Shown: positions 48,565 to 59,159, counted from the stretch's first letter. The stretch is 64,000 nt of DNA from Pseudomonadota bacterium (GCA_039799905.1 JBDLRP010000019.1:1-64000), one strand, 5' to 3'. Made by a program: numbers and translations. Notes: generated by a model from the letters alone, not told the origin.

Positions 48565-50442
48565 ATGTTTTATTTTCGCGCTCTTTTGGGCCTTCTGCCG
48601 ATGTTTGCCTTGTCAACCGCCTGTTCGAAGGATCCGGGCAAGGACGAGACATTCTTCCTGCGGAATCCACCGCTGGATTCCGTGGGCGTAGTCCCACCGG
48701 CGAATCCCGACGACAAATTGCGCGAAAGTGCACTCAAAATTCTCGATGAGTCATGTTCTTCATGCCACTCGGATGTTCAACGATCAGGGAATTTCGGACT
48801 CATCAAGAACGTAACAGCCATGATCGACAGCAACTACTTCATTGTTGCCGGCAAGGCGGATGATTCTGCCATCATCAAGAGAGTCGTGGATAAGTCGATG
48901 CCACCTTCGGCACCGTTGGCACAGGAGAAAATCGACATTCTCAAGCAATGGATCGCGAAAATTCCAGCCCCTAAAAAGAAGGTTCTGTCGTCTGAAGATG
49001 TTGTTTCGTTGGTACGCGGGGATCTCGACAAGGTTAATTCCCGTGCCGAACGGCTCGGAATGCGTTACTTCAGCCTGCATGCCCGCAGCGGCATCGACGT
49101 TGACAGCGCAGCATTGGAAACGATGCGAAAGGGATTCGCGAAGGTCATCAACTCACTCTCAACAGCACCGCGGGTGATCAAACCCAGAGCGGTCGATGCG
49201 GATAAGATCGTCTACGCGGTTTCGCTGACAGACTTTGGCATTGATCCGACAAAATTTGATGCTGTTGTAAAGAAATACAATCCGTTTTGTCAGGTGCCCT
49301 TGGATCCACAGTCCAATCAGCCGTTCGAAGCCAATCACCGTTTCATAAAGGGTGAATTGAATACCGATTGCTACGTGATCCGCATGGACTGGTTTGTGGC
49401 GACGGCGACACTGCCAAAACCCTATCAGGACTTTATGAATCATCCGTCCAACCGCGAGCAACTCGACCAGCGCTTGGGAATCAATCTTCTCGACAACATC
49501 AGAAACAAACGTGTTTACCGATCGGGATTCAAAAACTCAGGCGTTTCATCGCAAAATCGCATTATTGAACGACACACCCAGGGCAACGGTCAGGCGTATT
49601 GGATTAGCTACGATTTTGCTAACAACGAGGGCGATGAAAATTTCTTCGAAAAGCCATTGGGTCCGGTGGGAATCGGCGATGACAATATTGCTTTCAAACA
49701 TGATGGCGGCGAGGTCATTTATCAGTTGCCCAATGGACTTTTCGGTTATTATCTGGCCGATGCGGCCGGAACGAGCATCGACAAAGGTCCGACGCAAATC
49801 GTTCAGCAAAACGGCGCGCCAGAACAGTTTGTTTCCTCAATCGTCAACGGCCAGTCATGCATGAGCTGTCACGGCGGTGGACTCATCAATCGCGACGACC
49901 AGGTAAGAAAGTTTGCAAACGCCGAAGTGGGACGTTTTTCGGCTGAGGAACTTGAAAAGATTAATGACCTGTTTGTTGACAAGGGTGTAATGAAGTCTGC
50001 AATCGACAAAGATAATCAGCCGTATTTTGCCGCACTGCGCGAAATTGGCATCGACCCGAGTGCCGCTGACCCTGTGAATGAATCGTACCGCCTGTACAAT
50101 CGGCGTCTGACCCGTGATGCGGTTCTTGCCGAGTTGTCTTTGAAAAATGAAGTGCTGACGCAGATTTTGCAACTGCCGCCGCTCTCCTCACTTTGGTTTT
50201 CGCTGGGCGAGGCAGCGGGATTCGTGCGCCGCGACGACTTTCAGCGCGGAGTCAACGATCTGCGTGCTTTGCCGGGTGCCTTTAGGTTACTCAACCTCAG
50301 CCGTTCTGAATTTTTGCCACCCGAACTCGGCGACTACGTCGTAACGAATTCATGCATGGCAAAAAATCCTGTTCGCATGGACGAATGTTTTCTGCGTCCT
50401 AGCGGGATCAGCAAAATCATAGGTGGAATTGTCGGGAAATAA
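48565..50442 (+). CDS. Diheme c-type cytochrome lipoprotein (planctomycete-cytochrome-like N-domain plus an uncharacterised heme domain)
   Basis: Lipobox STAC. ILDESCSSCH...SAIIKRV...SMPP, SGVSSQNRIIERH, YWISYDF, HDGGEVIYQLPNG and NGQSCMSCH. Alternative start at 48517. Confidence 0.75.
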   Translation: MFYFRALLGLLPMFALSTACSKDPGKDETFFLRNPPLDSVGVVPPANPDDKLRESALKILDESCSSCHSDVQRSGNFGLIKNVTAMIDSNYFIVAGKADDSAIIKRVVDKSMPPSAPLAQEKIDILKQWIAKIPAPKKKVLSSEDVVSLVRGDLDKVNSRAERLGMRYFSLHARSGIDVDSAALETMRKGFAKVINSLSTAPRVIKPRAVDADKIVYAVSLTDFGIDPTKFDAVVKKYNPFCQVPLDPQSNQPFEANHRFIKGELNTDCYVIRMDWFVATATLPKPYQDFMNHPSNREQLDQRLGINLLDNIRNKRVYRSGFKNSGVSSQNRIIERHTQGNGQAYWISYDFANNEGDENFFEKPLGPVGIGDDNIAFKHDGGEVIYQLPNGLFGYYLADAAGTSIDKGPTQIVQQNGAPEQFVSSIVNGQSCMSCHGGGLINRDDQVRKFANAEVGRFSAEELEKINDLFVDKGVMKSAIDKDNQPYFAALREIGIDPSAADPVNESYRLYNRRLTRDAVLAELSLKNEVLTQILQLPPLSSLWFSLGEAAGFVRRDDFQRGVNDLRALPGAFRLLNLSRSEFLPPELGDYVVTNSCMAKNPVRMDECFLRPSGISKIIGGIVGK

Positions 50443-50483
50443 ATCCGCAAGTACTTTGAAACCTAATCGCGGCAGTGTTTGTC

Positions 50484-52169
50484 TTAATGGGCAGCGCTGC
50501 CGTTTTCTTTGTGCAGCCGGCCATCGCTCAATTGCCAGACCTCATGGCAATGGGGCAAAACTGACAATCTGTGTGTCACGAGAAGACGGGTTTTCATATT
50601 CCATTCACCAAAGAGCAACTCATCGATGAGGTGTTTTTCCGTTGCCACGTCGACGGCACTCAGACAATCGTCAAGCAGTAGCAGCTCTCGGCCCATTCCG
50701 CCGGCCCGGGCCAGGCTGAGCCGCTGTCGCTGCCCGCCGCTGAGGTTGACACCCCGTTCGCCTATTTCGGTGTTGAGTCCTTCGCTCATTTTGCTGAGAT
50801 CATATGAAAATGCACTGACCTTCAAACGGTGCAGAGTTTGTGCATCCGAGTCGGGCGGAAGGTTGTAGTCGAAGCCGACGTTGTCGCGGATGTTTGCGCT
50901 CATCACAAACCCGTCCTGCGGTACGAAGCCGTAAAGCGCACGCAGTTCCGACAGCGGCATGGTCAATGCGTTGCGGCCGAAGATCTCGTAACTTTCAAAT
51001 TCGCAGGCAACCTCGCGCAGAAGTGCGTGCAGCATCATTGTTTTGCCTGAGCCTACGGCTCCAGTGATGGCCACACAGCGGCCGGCCGGAATTTCAAAGT
51101 CGATGTTGTCGAGTATGACTTTGCCGTCTTGCTGCAAACGCAAACCGCGCACCTTAATGGCCGGGCTTTGACTTTTTGACGTGACGCTCGTCTCTTTTGC
51201 GGAGGTCGTAGCAGAATGTTCTAAAGGCTCGCGTTCGAGTGCCAGATAGTTTTCGAGGCGGCGTGCCGAGGCAAATGCGTCAAGAGTGTTCACCAATGCC
51301 CACGGAAAACTGCGCAGCGGGCGCACCATGAAAACTCCGCACAGCCAAAGAGCCGCGACAAGGCTTCCGGCTGTAACCTCCGGGCGCGCCGCTGTGTAGG
51401 CGAGGGCGACGGCGTTGAGCATATACGGAGCAACCTGCATGACTCCATTCATGGCTGAGCCGTTGCTGACCTGCCGCAGTCGGGCGTCGGTTTCGTTGCC
51501 GCGCGCTGTAAGTATTTTATCCTCAAAATTTTTGCTCCAGCCGAGCATTCGCACTGCGCGCATATTTTGCAACCACTCGTTTATCACGGCAACACGCGCA
51601 GCTGTTGCTGCTTTCGAACGGCCAAAAAGCAGTGCCTGACGACGGGCCAGAAAAAGGCAAATCAACAGATTCAAGCCAGCGGTGACGAGCAGCGGTAAGG
51701 GCGGAAGGTCATCGAGCCACATCAATGCAAACGGAAAACAGACAAGTGGAACGCCAGCATTGGCAATCAGCGGCAAAACTTCCTCAAAAAGGGAAACGAC
51801 TGCGTTGACGTCCTGAGCATACAGGCTGACGGTCTCTCCGACCGTGAATTTGAATCGTGATTCTCCACGCAATGCCAGGGTTTGTTCATAAATTTTTTCG
51901 GAAATAGCTCGGTGTACGAGAGTTCCCTCGCGGACGAACAGATATTTGCAGAGTGATTGAAGCGCCTGTGCAGTAAAGAGCCCGAATGCGGCACTCAGAA
52001 GCAGAATCCAGAGGGTTGAATCTGTCTGGCCGGCCTTCAGCGAATCGACAAAGAACTTCTGTGCAAAAACGCCCGCCAGTGCAGCAGCAGTGCTCAGAAT
52101 TCCCAAAGAAAAAAGGAACGACCGCTGGATGGGGCGCTGCAGGACTATGGAGGTCACCAAACGTGCCAT
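50484..52169 (-). CDS. ABC transporter TMD-NBD half, ABCC/MRP N-terminal-half type
   Basis: Walker A GAVGSGKT, canonical EIGERGVNLSGGQ, Walker B with Asp instead of the catalytic Glu (LLLDDCLSAVD) and VTHRL. Confidence 0.88.
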   Translation of the reverse strand: MARLVTSIVLQRPIQRSFLFSLGILSTAAALAGVFAQKFFVDSLKAGQTDSTLWILLLSAAFGLFTAQALQSLCKYLFVREGTLVHRAISEKIYEQTLALRGESRFKFTVGETVSLYAQDVNAVVSLFEEVLPLIANAGVPLVCFPFALMWLDDLPPLPLLVTAGLNLLICLFLARRQALLFGRSKAATAARVAVINEWLQNMRAVRMLGWSKNFEDKILTARGNETDARLRQVSNGSAMNGVMQVAPYMLNAVALAYTAARPEVTAGSLVAALWLCGVFMVRPLRSFPWALVNTLDAFASARRLENYLALEREPLEHSATTSAKETSVTSKSQSPAIKVRGLRLQQDGKVILDNIDFEIPAGRCVAITGAVGSGKTMMLHALLREVACEFESYEIFGRNALTMPLSELRALYGFVPQDGFVMSANIRDNVGFDYNLPPDSDAQTLHRLKVSAFSYDLSKMSEGLNTEIGERGVNLSGGQRQRLSLARAGGMGRELLLLDDCLSAVDVATEKHLIDELLFGEWNMKTRLLVTHRLSVLPHCHEVWQLSDGRLHKENGSAAH

Positions 52170-52380
52170 GCGGAGCTCCGGTCAGTTCGAATGCTGTGAG
52201 GGCGTCGGTAATCCGTTTACCCTCTTATATTGCAAGAGAAAAGCGGGTCACGGTGGTTGCGTGGAAGTTTTTTGCCGCGAATTGACCCGCAGAGCCTCAG
52301 ATGGTAGCAAACCCGCTTGAATTACGCGCCAAAACTAATTGAAATTTCACTGCCGCGGGGCGGAACAGAGTGCATCGGTC

Positions 52381-55116
52381 ATGAAACAAAGTCGCTCGGG
52401 AATTGTTGTACCACACACGCATTGGGACAGAGCATGGTACCTGCCGTTTCAGGCGTACCGGCTGCGGCTTGTTGAAATGATGACCGACCTACTCGGATGG
52501 CTGGAAAGCGGTGCGCTGCCTTTGTTTGTTCTCGATGGTCAGACAGTTCTTCTCGAAGATTACTTCGCGGTCAGGCCGCAAGACAAACCACGCGTTCAGG
52601 CGTTGGTTGAGGCCGGAAAAATAAAGGTCGGGCCGTGGTACACGATGCCGGATTGCTTCCTTGCGCGGCCCGAGTCACTCATCCGCAACCTGCAACGCGG
52701 TCTGCAGATGGGCGATGAGTTGGGCGGTGCGTCGCGTGTCGGATACGTTCCCGATTCCTTTGGTCACTTTGCCCAACTTCCGCAAATTTTGTTGGGCCTT
52801 GGCATCGATTCATTTTTATTCATGCGCGGCATGCCCGAGCAACTGCGCGACGATCATGGGGCGGTTTTTCTTTGGCAGTCTCCCGATGGCTCGCAGGTTT
52901 TGTCGACGTTTTTGCGCGAAGGATATTTTCCGCTCGGCGCCCTTGGACAAGAGAGTTTTCATGGCCGCTATGACGGATTGTCAGCGCGCGCTGCACTGGC
53001 TCAGGAGCGTTTGAGCGGCACGCTTGCAAGACTGCTTCCGGTTCACAAGGAGAACGTGCTCGTTCTTCCCGCCGGAGGCGATCACCTTCCCGCGCGCGAT
53101 GATCTTGTAGCTGTCGCCAGTCAGCTCAATCAAGCGCAATCCGAAATCAATTTGCGCTTTGGTTCTTTTGAGGATTATCTGCACGACTTGCGCGCCTCGC
53201 TCGGTTCTCAAAAAATGCCCGTCCATTGCGGCGATCTGCTCGGACAGGCCGATCATCCGCTGTTGCGCAATGTGCTTTCCTCGCGAGTCGATCTCAAAAT
53301 TCTCAACCACCGTGCTCAGGACCTCCTGACGGGTGTGGTTGAACCATTGCTGGCCTGGTCATCGCTCAACGGCTTGCCCTGCGCCGATGCCGCCCTGCTG
53401 CAAATCGCCTGGGACGCTCTGCTCAAAAATCATGCCCACGACGACATCTGCGGTTGCAGTGTGGATGATGTGCATCTGGACGACGTGCAGCGCTTTCATG
53501 AAGTGCTCGCGCTTTCGCAGGAAATCATCACGCGGCAGGTCGAACACATCATCCAGCGGCGATTGTCTGCACCGAATGATGCACGCACCGCGCGTGTTTT
53601 TGTTTTCAATCCGCATCCGTGGCCTGTCGCTGTTTCTGCTCAAGTGCGAATTCTTCTTGCCGACGATGGCGGGGAATTCTCCGAGAAGTCTGCATCGCGT
53701 GCACTGCAGGCTGTTGACTCCGAAGGACATCCGCTTGCGCTTCGCGTGTTGTCGACGGAGTGCAAGGCCATCCGCAACCGGTATCTCGAAACGACATGGG
53801 GCAGAGCGTATGAGCTGTGCGCTGATGTCTCGCTTCCCGCGCTTGGTTTCGAGATCATCACAATCGAGGAAACTTCGGCAAACCTTCGACTTGCCGAGAA
53901 CATGTCCGGCGCAGCCGTTCCGCAGGAATTGACCAGTGGTTTCCGCTTTGAGCTGGATGCAGATTTGGGCGACGGATATTCGCATGGCCCATGTCCGGAG
54001 TTGCCGATGCAGCGGGCCCGTCTGCTGAGCGCAGAATCAGACAGCCGCCTTGACGGCGTTTATCATCTGACGTTTGAGATAACCGGTCCGGCTTACATCC
54101 GGCGCGACGACCTTTCCTCACGGCCGTTAAATGATTGTCTTGGGCCTTCGGTCGGAACGACAATCTGCGTGCGCGCCTGCCGCCGTCCGGTCGTGGACAC
54201 TGCTGCTGCGTTAAAGAACCAGGGCGTTGCAGTAACTGACAACGGCTGCACGTGGGATTTGCAGATTTCTTACACCAACGTCTTCAAAGACAGTCGTCTG
54301 AGAATCGTTTTTGATCCACGAGCAATCGCAGCTACAAAAGAACTCGGCGCGTATACGGATGTGTTGTCGCACGGTCAGGGGCAATGGATTGAATTGCCTG
54401 CCACGCCCGCGGCGCAGGAACTCTGGGAAGGCCCATTGGCCAAGCCCGCGTATCCGGGTGAAAAGGAGTATCCGGTTCATCATACAAACGACGGAGTTGT
54501 TTTGGTCGCCGCACAGGGCAATGTTTTTGCCGGTGGAGTTGGTCTACACGAGTTTGAACTTGTTGGCTCCCAAACAAATTCGCAGCCTTGCGTTGCATAT
54601 ACGCTGCACCGCGCCGTCGGAGATCTTTCGGTTCGCGGTGGCCGCATACGCTCGTGTCAGGCTGGTCCGCAACGTCCCACGCCGGATGCTCAGCTCCAGC
54701 GCCAACTCGATCATCACGTGACTTTTGGTTTTGCTGCAACAACAGCCGCGGCCATGCGCCGCTTGCGCGAGGGCGTACATCCCTGTTGGGTTCAGGAATG
54801 TCCGGTTGTGCCCGTCATTGACTCAAGTGAAACAAACTCAATTCGTGCCTCGGTACTCAATATCGGCAACACGGCATTGGAGATGATGTCATTGCGGCCT
54901 GCTGGCAGAGGAGTTGTTCTGAGACTTTGCAATCCGACCGGCTCTCAGGTGCAATCCGATCTTCTGTTACCGGTTTTTGCCGGTGCGAAATTCAAGGCAC
55001 AGCGCATACAGCTCGATGAACGCACTCCCGTTTCAGCAGCTGCGGTCGCCCAGGAAACACTTTCAGTCAACTTCAAACCTTTTGAAATTCAAACATGGAA
55101 GATTGAACCATGCTGA
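52381..55116 (+). CDS. Glycoside hydrolase family 38 (alpha-mannosidase/MngB-like)
   Basis: HTHWDRAWY, LDGQT, GPWY, GYVPDSFGH (nucleophile) and HAHDDICGCS. No signal peptide. Confidence 0.92.
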   Translation: MKQSRSGIVVPHTHWDRAWYLPFQAYRLRLVEMMTDLLGWLESGALPLFVLDGQTVLLEDYFAVRPQDKPRVQALVEAGKIKVGPWYTMPDCFLARPESLIRNLQRGLQMGDELGGASRVGYVPDSFGHFAQLPQILLGLGIDSFLFMRGMPEQLRDDHGAVFLWQSPDGSQVLSTFLREGYFPLGALGQESFHGRYDGLSARAALAQERLSGTLARLLPVHKENVLVLPAGGDHLPARDDLVAVASQLNQAQSEINLRFGSFEDYLHDLRASLGSQKMPVHCGDLLGQADHPLLRNVLSSRVDLKILNHRAQDLLTGVVEPLLAWSSLNGLPCADAALLQIAWDALLKNHAHDDICGCSVDDVHLDDVQRFHEVLALSQEIITRQVEHIIQRRLSAPNDARTARVFVFNPHPWPVAVSAQVRILLADDGGEFSEKSASRALQAVDSEGHPLALRVLSTECKAIRNRYLETTWGRAYELCADVSLPALGFEIITIEETSANLRLAENMSGAAVPQELTSGFRFELDADLGDGYSHGPCPELPMQRARLLSAESDSRLDGVYHLTFEITGPAYIRRDDLSSRPLNDCLGPSVGTTICVRACRRPVVDTAAALKNQGVAVTDNGCTWDLQISYTNVFKDSRLRIVFDPRAIAATKELGAYTDVLSHGQGQWIELPATPAAQELWEGPLAKPAYPGEKEYPVHHTNDGVVLVAAQGNVFAGGVGLHEFELVGSQTNSQPCVAYTLHRAVGDLSVRGGRIRSCQAGPQRPTPDAQLQRQLDHHVTFGFAATTAAAMRRLREGVHPCWVQECPVVPVIDSSETNSIRASVLNIGNTALEMMSLRPAGRGVVLRLCNPTGSQVQSDLLLPVFAGAKFKAQRIQLDERTPVSAAAVAQETLSVNFKPFEIQTWKIEPC

Positions 55117-56024
55117 AAATCACCGGAACTTTTCTCGACGAAATCACACATGACATTCCTCCGCAGAATTGGGGCAAGCGCGAATGGGCTGCTGACTTCG
55201 ATGCTATGAAGGCCATCGGGATCGACACCGTCATCCTCATCCGTGCCGGCTACCGCGAGCGTTTGACCTTCGACTCCAAAGTCATTGGCAAGCATCGCAA
55301 ATGTCTTCCCGCGTATCAGGATTTGGTGGACCTCTTTCTGACGCAGGCCGAGCGCTGCGGAATGAAATTCTTTTTTGGCACCTATGATTCCGGTGACCAT
55401 TGGATCAACGGCGATTACAAAAAAGAAAGCGATCTCAACCGCGATTTCTGCAGCGAAGTGATGGATCGCTATGGCCATCGCAAGGCGTTCGCCGGTTGGT
55501 ACATCAGTCATGAAATAAATACATTCAACGCCGGCATGATGCGGGTGTACGACGAATTGTCGGCGCATCTGCGCTCACTCAAGAATATCCCCATATTGAT
55601 GTCTCCCTATGTGAAGGGAGTCAAACAATTCGGTTCTGAGGCCATCTCGCTCGACCAGCACGTCAAGGAGTGGGGCTCTGTTTTCCGCGACCTCGAGGGC
55701 AAGGTCGACATCGTTGCCTTTCAGGACGGGCAAATGTCATTTCTCGAATTGCCGGACTACCTCAGGGTCAACCGAGATCTGGCGCGCAAGCACGGGCTGC
55801 AGTGCTGGAGCAATCTGGAAAGCTTTGATCGCGACATGCCAATCAAATTCCCGCCGACCGACATCCGCAAACTCATGTACAAGGCTGAGCAGGCTTCGGC
55901 CGCCGGAGTCGACAAGCTCATTACCTTTGAGTTTTCTCATTTCATGAGTCCCAATTCGATTTATCCGGCCGCTCATCAACTTTACAAACGCTATCAGGAA
56001 TGGTTGCGCGGCGAGGAGCTTTAA
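55110..56024 (+). CDS. DUF4434-domain putative glycoside hydrolase (TIM barrel)
   Basis: ITGTFLDEI.HDIP.QNWG, GIDTVI, GWYISHE, FQDG, WSNLESFDRD and ITFEFSHFMSP. Confidence 0.8.
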   Translation: MLKITGTFLDEITHDIPPQNWGKREWAADFDAMKAIGIDTVILIRAGYRERLTFDSKVIGKHRKCLPAYQDLVDLFLTQAERCGMKFFFGTYDSGDHWINGDYKKESDLNRDFCSEVMDRYGHRKAFAGWYISHEINTFNAGMMRVYDELSAHLRSLKNIPILMSPYVKGVKQFGSEAISLDQHVKEWGSVFRDLEGKVDIVAFQDGQMSFLELPDYLRVNRDLARKHGLQCWSNLESFDRDMPIKFPPTDIRKLMYKAEQASAAGVDKLITFEFSHFMSPNSIYPAAHQLYKRYQEWLRGEEL

Positions 56025-56025
56025 A

Positions 56026-57234
56026 ATGAACATGCAGACTGAAAAAAACTTCGCGGTTCCTACCGAGACTTTCGCCCGTTTGCGGCAGGAAATTGAGAGT
56101 GAACTTTTCGAGCGGGTGATTCCCTTTTGGGAGAAGCACTCGTGGGATTCAAAGAACGGCGGGTTCTGGAATTGTCTCGACCGCACCGGCAACGTCTTTG
56201 ACGTCAGCAAATATGGCTGGCTTCAAGGGCGTGAAACGTGGCTTTTCAGCAAGCTCTACCGCACGGTTGAAAAAAAGCCGGAGTGGCTCGCAATGGCACG
56301 CAGCGGCGCCGAATTTCTCCGCTACAAGGCCCTGACCCCCGACAACCGCATTCCCTTCCGCATGACGGCCGACGGCACACCAATATACATCCAGCGCAAA
56401 ATCTTCAGCGAATGTTTTTACATTATGGCGATGGCCGAATACGCGCGCGCCAGCGGCGACGAAAGCTACTTGAAGGAAGCGCAGCGGATGTTTGCGCTTG
56501 TATGGGATTGGGCGTTCGACTGGAGCAAGGTCGGCAGACCTTCCTATGCTGGCGAAACTCCGCTGCAGTCGCTGGCCGTGCCAATGATTTTGATGAACCT
56601 CATCGAAGAGCTCACCGACGGTCACGCCGCACCCTATGAAGCCGAGCTTGCACAATGTCAAAAGGCATTTTTGATGCACGTGAAGGTCGACGAAAAACGC
56701 GTCTATGAATTCGTCCGTCCGGATGGTTCTCTGTGCCGTGAAATTCCCGAGGGCCGTCAGTTGAATCCGGGGCACGCCATCGAAGCAGGATGGTTCCTGC
56801 AGCACTGGGCGCAGCGTCAGCGCAATGCGCAGTTGTCTGCTCTGGCAGTGGATGTAGTGCGTTGGTCGCACGCGGAAGGGTGGGACAAAGAACATGGTGG
56901 ACTGTTTTATTTTCTCGATGCTCAAGGTCATTCGCCGGTCCAGCTTGAGTGGAACATGAAACTGTGGTGGCCGCATTGTGAAGCTCTGTATGCGCATTTG
57001 CTCAACTACAGTGTGACCCGCAGCGAGGGTGACTGGTCTCTTTTCGAATCCACCAAGGAATACACTTTTAAACACTTCCCCGATCGTGAATTCGGTGAGT
57101 GGTATGGGTATCTCGATCGGCAAGGGCGCGTCAGCCAATCGTTCAAAGGCGGCGCCTATAAATGTGCGTTTCATGTTCCGCGTGCGCTGCTGCTGTGCCG
57201 GAATCTGCTCAAAACTCTGGAGGCAGGACAATGA
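56026..57234 (+). CDS. AGE-family N-acylglucosamine 2-epimerase (NanE-like)
   Basis: PFWEKHSWD...GG, WLQGRE, NPGHAIEAGWF, KLWWPHCE, GEWYGYL and FHVPRAL. Confidence 0.9.
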   Translation: MNMQTEKNFAVPTETFARLRQEIESELFERVIPFWEKHSWDSKNGGFWNCLDRTGNVFDVSKYGWLQGRETWLFSKLYRTVEKKPEWLAMARSGAEFLRYKALTPDNRIPFRMTADGTPIYIQRKIFSECFYIMAMAEYARASGDESYLKEAQRMFALVWDWAFDWSKVGRPSYAGETPLQSLAVPMILMNLIEELTDGHAAPYEAELAQCQKAFLMHVKVDEKRVYEFVRPDGSLCREIPEGRQLNPGHAIEAGWFLQHWAQRQRNAQLSALAVDVVRWSHAEGWDKEHGGLFYFLDAQGHSPVQLEWNMKLWWPHCEALYAHLLNYSVTRSEGDWSLFESTKEYTFKHFPDREFGEWYGYLDRQGRVSQSFKGGAYKCAFHVPRALLLCRNLLKTLEAGQ

Positions 57235-59087
57235 ACTGGTTCAACGGCACAAATCTTCTCGGCACCCTCGATTACGCCGTGATCGCTGTGTACCTCATCG
57301 GCATCATGATTTTTGGTTTGTGGCTCGAGCGAAAGGCGCGCGACAACATCGACGCCTACTTCCTCGGCAATCGCAATCTGCCGTGGTGGGCACTGGGTGC
57401 ATCGGGCATGTCGTCCAACACTGACATCGCCGGCACTATGGTCATCACCGCGTTGATTTACTCCATGGGCGTCAAGGGTTTTTTCATTGAAATTCGTGGC
57501 GGCATTGTTTTGATCATGGCTTTCTTCATGATCTTTATGGGCAAGTGGACACGCCGCGCGCAGGTGATGACTCTTGCCGAGTGGATGCGCCTGCGTTTTG
57601 GTGACGGCCGCGAGGGGCGCACCGCACGGCTCATCAGCGCTCTTGCAAACTTGGTTGTTTCAGTATGGATCATCAGTTATTTCGCCGTCGGCGGCGGAAA
57701 GTTTTTCGGAATGCTGATGGGCATCGATGACCGTGTGGCATCAATAGCGCTCATCCTCCTGACGATGATTTATACGGCAGCCAGTGGTTTTTATGGCGTG
57801 GTGTGGACCGACGTCGTACAGGGCGGGCTCATTCTCGTGGCGGTGCTTTATGTGATTTATGTGGCCATGACTCAGGTGGCGCTGCCCGAAGAGTTCATGG
57901 TCTCGGTGCCCAATGGTCGAGGCGGATTCGAGGCCGTGCGCACAACGCTCAACGAATGGGCCAACGTCATTCCCCCCATGAATATCGATCTCCCGGGAGA
58001 GTATTCACGCTACAATATCTTTGGCATCACTGTTTTCTTTTATCTTCTCAAAACCTGTATCGAAGGTTTTGCCGGAGCCGGCGGTTACACAAGTCAGCGT
58101 TACTTCGCTGCCAAATCCGACCGCGAAGCTGGCTTGTTGTCGCTGTTTTGGATCACACTTCTGTCATTCCGTTGGCCGCTGGTCATGGGGCTTGCCATCC
58201 TCGGAATCCACTATGGAATCACAACAGGAAAGGTGATTGATCCTGAGCTTGTTCTTCCGACGGTCATTGCCGAGTACATGCCGGCGGGTATGAAGGGGCT
58301 GGTGATTGCCTGCTTTATGGCAGCAGCCATGTCGACGTTCACTGCGATCATCAACGCAGGTGCGGCATATTGGGTGAAGGACATCTACGAGACGTTCATC
58401 AACCCCAAAGCCAGCAACAAAACACTCATCTGGCATTCGCGGCTGGCCACCGTCGCAATTGTTCTTTTGGGATTGGCCTTCAGCCTCGACAGTATCAATA
58501 TCAACGACATCTGGGGTTGGATCACCATGGCGTTCGGCACCGGTTTGTTCATACCGCTGCTGCTGCGCTGGTACTGGTGGCGTTATAATGGCTATGGTTT
58601 TGCTGCCGGTACTCTGTTCGGCATGGCCTCTGCGATTCTCATCCGCGTTCTGAAGATCGACTTGCCCGAGTACATGAGTTTTCTGGCACCTAGCGCAATC
58701 TCGCTCGTGGGATGCATTTTGGGAACCTTTCTGACGCCTGCCACGCCGCGTGAAACCCTCATCAATTTCGTGAAAGTTACACGACCTTTTGGCTTTTGGG
58801 GCGACATTGCCAAGCAGCTCCCGCAAAGCGAGCAGGATGCAATCCGCACCGAAACGCGCCGCGACTTGGCCGCGATTCTATTTGCGGTTCCATGGCAGCT
58901 GGTTCTCTTCCTGTTGGGAATGGTGTTTGTGCTGCGCCAGTGGGATGTGTTTGCGGGTCTGCTTCTGGCATTCGTTGCACTTTCTGCAGGTGTTTACTGG
59001 TTCTGGTTCCGTCATCTCAGCGCAGGCGAGATGGCCGCAGAATCCGAACAGAAGGTCGCAACGGCGGGTGTGGTGCAGGAGCCCTGA
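57231..59087 (+). CDS. Sodium:solute symporter family protein
   Basis: LDYAVI...YFLGNRNLPWW, VVWTDVVQ, QRYFAAKS and AAAMST, with many TMs. ATGA overlap with the epimerase gene. Confidence 0.92.
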   Translation: MNWFNGTNLLGTLDYAVIAVYLIGIMIFGLWLERKARDNIDAYFLGNRNLPWWALGASGMSSNTDIAGTMVITALIYSMGVKGFFIEIRGGIVLIMAFFMIFMGKWTRRAQVMTLAEWMRLRFGDGREGRTARLISALANLVVSVWIISYFAVGGGKFFGMLMGIDDRVASIALILLTMIYTAASGFYGVVWTDVVQGGLILVAVLYVIYVAMTQVALPEEFMVSVPNGRGGFEAVRTTLNEWANVIPPMNIDLPGEYSRYNIFGITVFFYLLKTCIEGFAGAGGYTSQRYFAAKSDREAGLLSLFWITLLSFRWPLVMGLAILGIHYGITTGKVIDPELVLPTVIAEYMPAGMKGLVIACFMAAAMSTFTAIINAGAAYWVKDIYETFINPKASNKTLIWHSRLATVAIVLLGLAFSLDSININDIWGWITMAFGTGLFIPLLLRWYWWRYNGYGFAAGTLFGMASAILIRVLKIDLPEYMSFLAPSAISLVGCILGTFLTPATPRETLINFVKVTRPFGFWGDIAKQLPQSEQDAIRTETRRDLAAILFAVPWQLVLFLLGMVFVLRQWDVFAGLLLAFVALSAGVYWFWFRHLSAGEMAAESEQKVATAGVVQEP

Positions 59088-59159
59088 CGGGCTTGCTGCA
59101 GCAGGTTGGTCTGCGTTAAATTAAGATTGTTTAATCGATTGTGTCTCAATGAGGTTCCG

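Noticed and set aside
56149..57231. 360-aa antisense ORF (similarly 34947..35837, 43167..44135, 5310..6101, 18749..19492, 62621..63460)
   Set aside because: These are shadows of well-supported genes on the opposite strand and carry no protein motifs.
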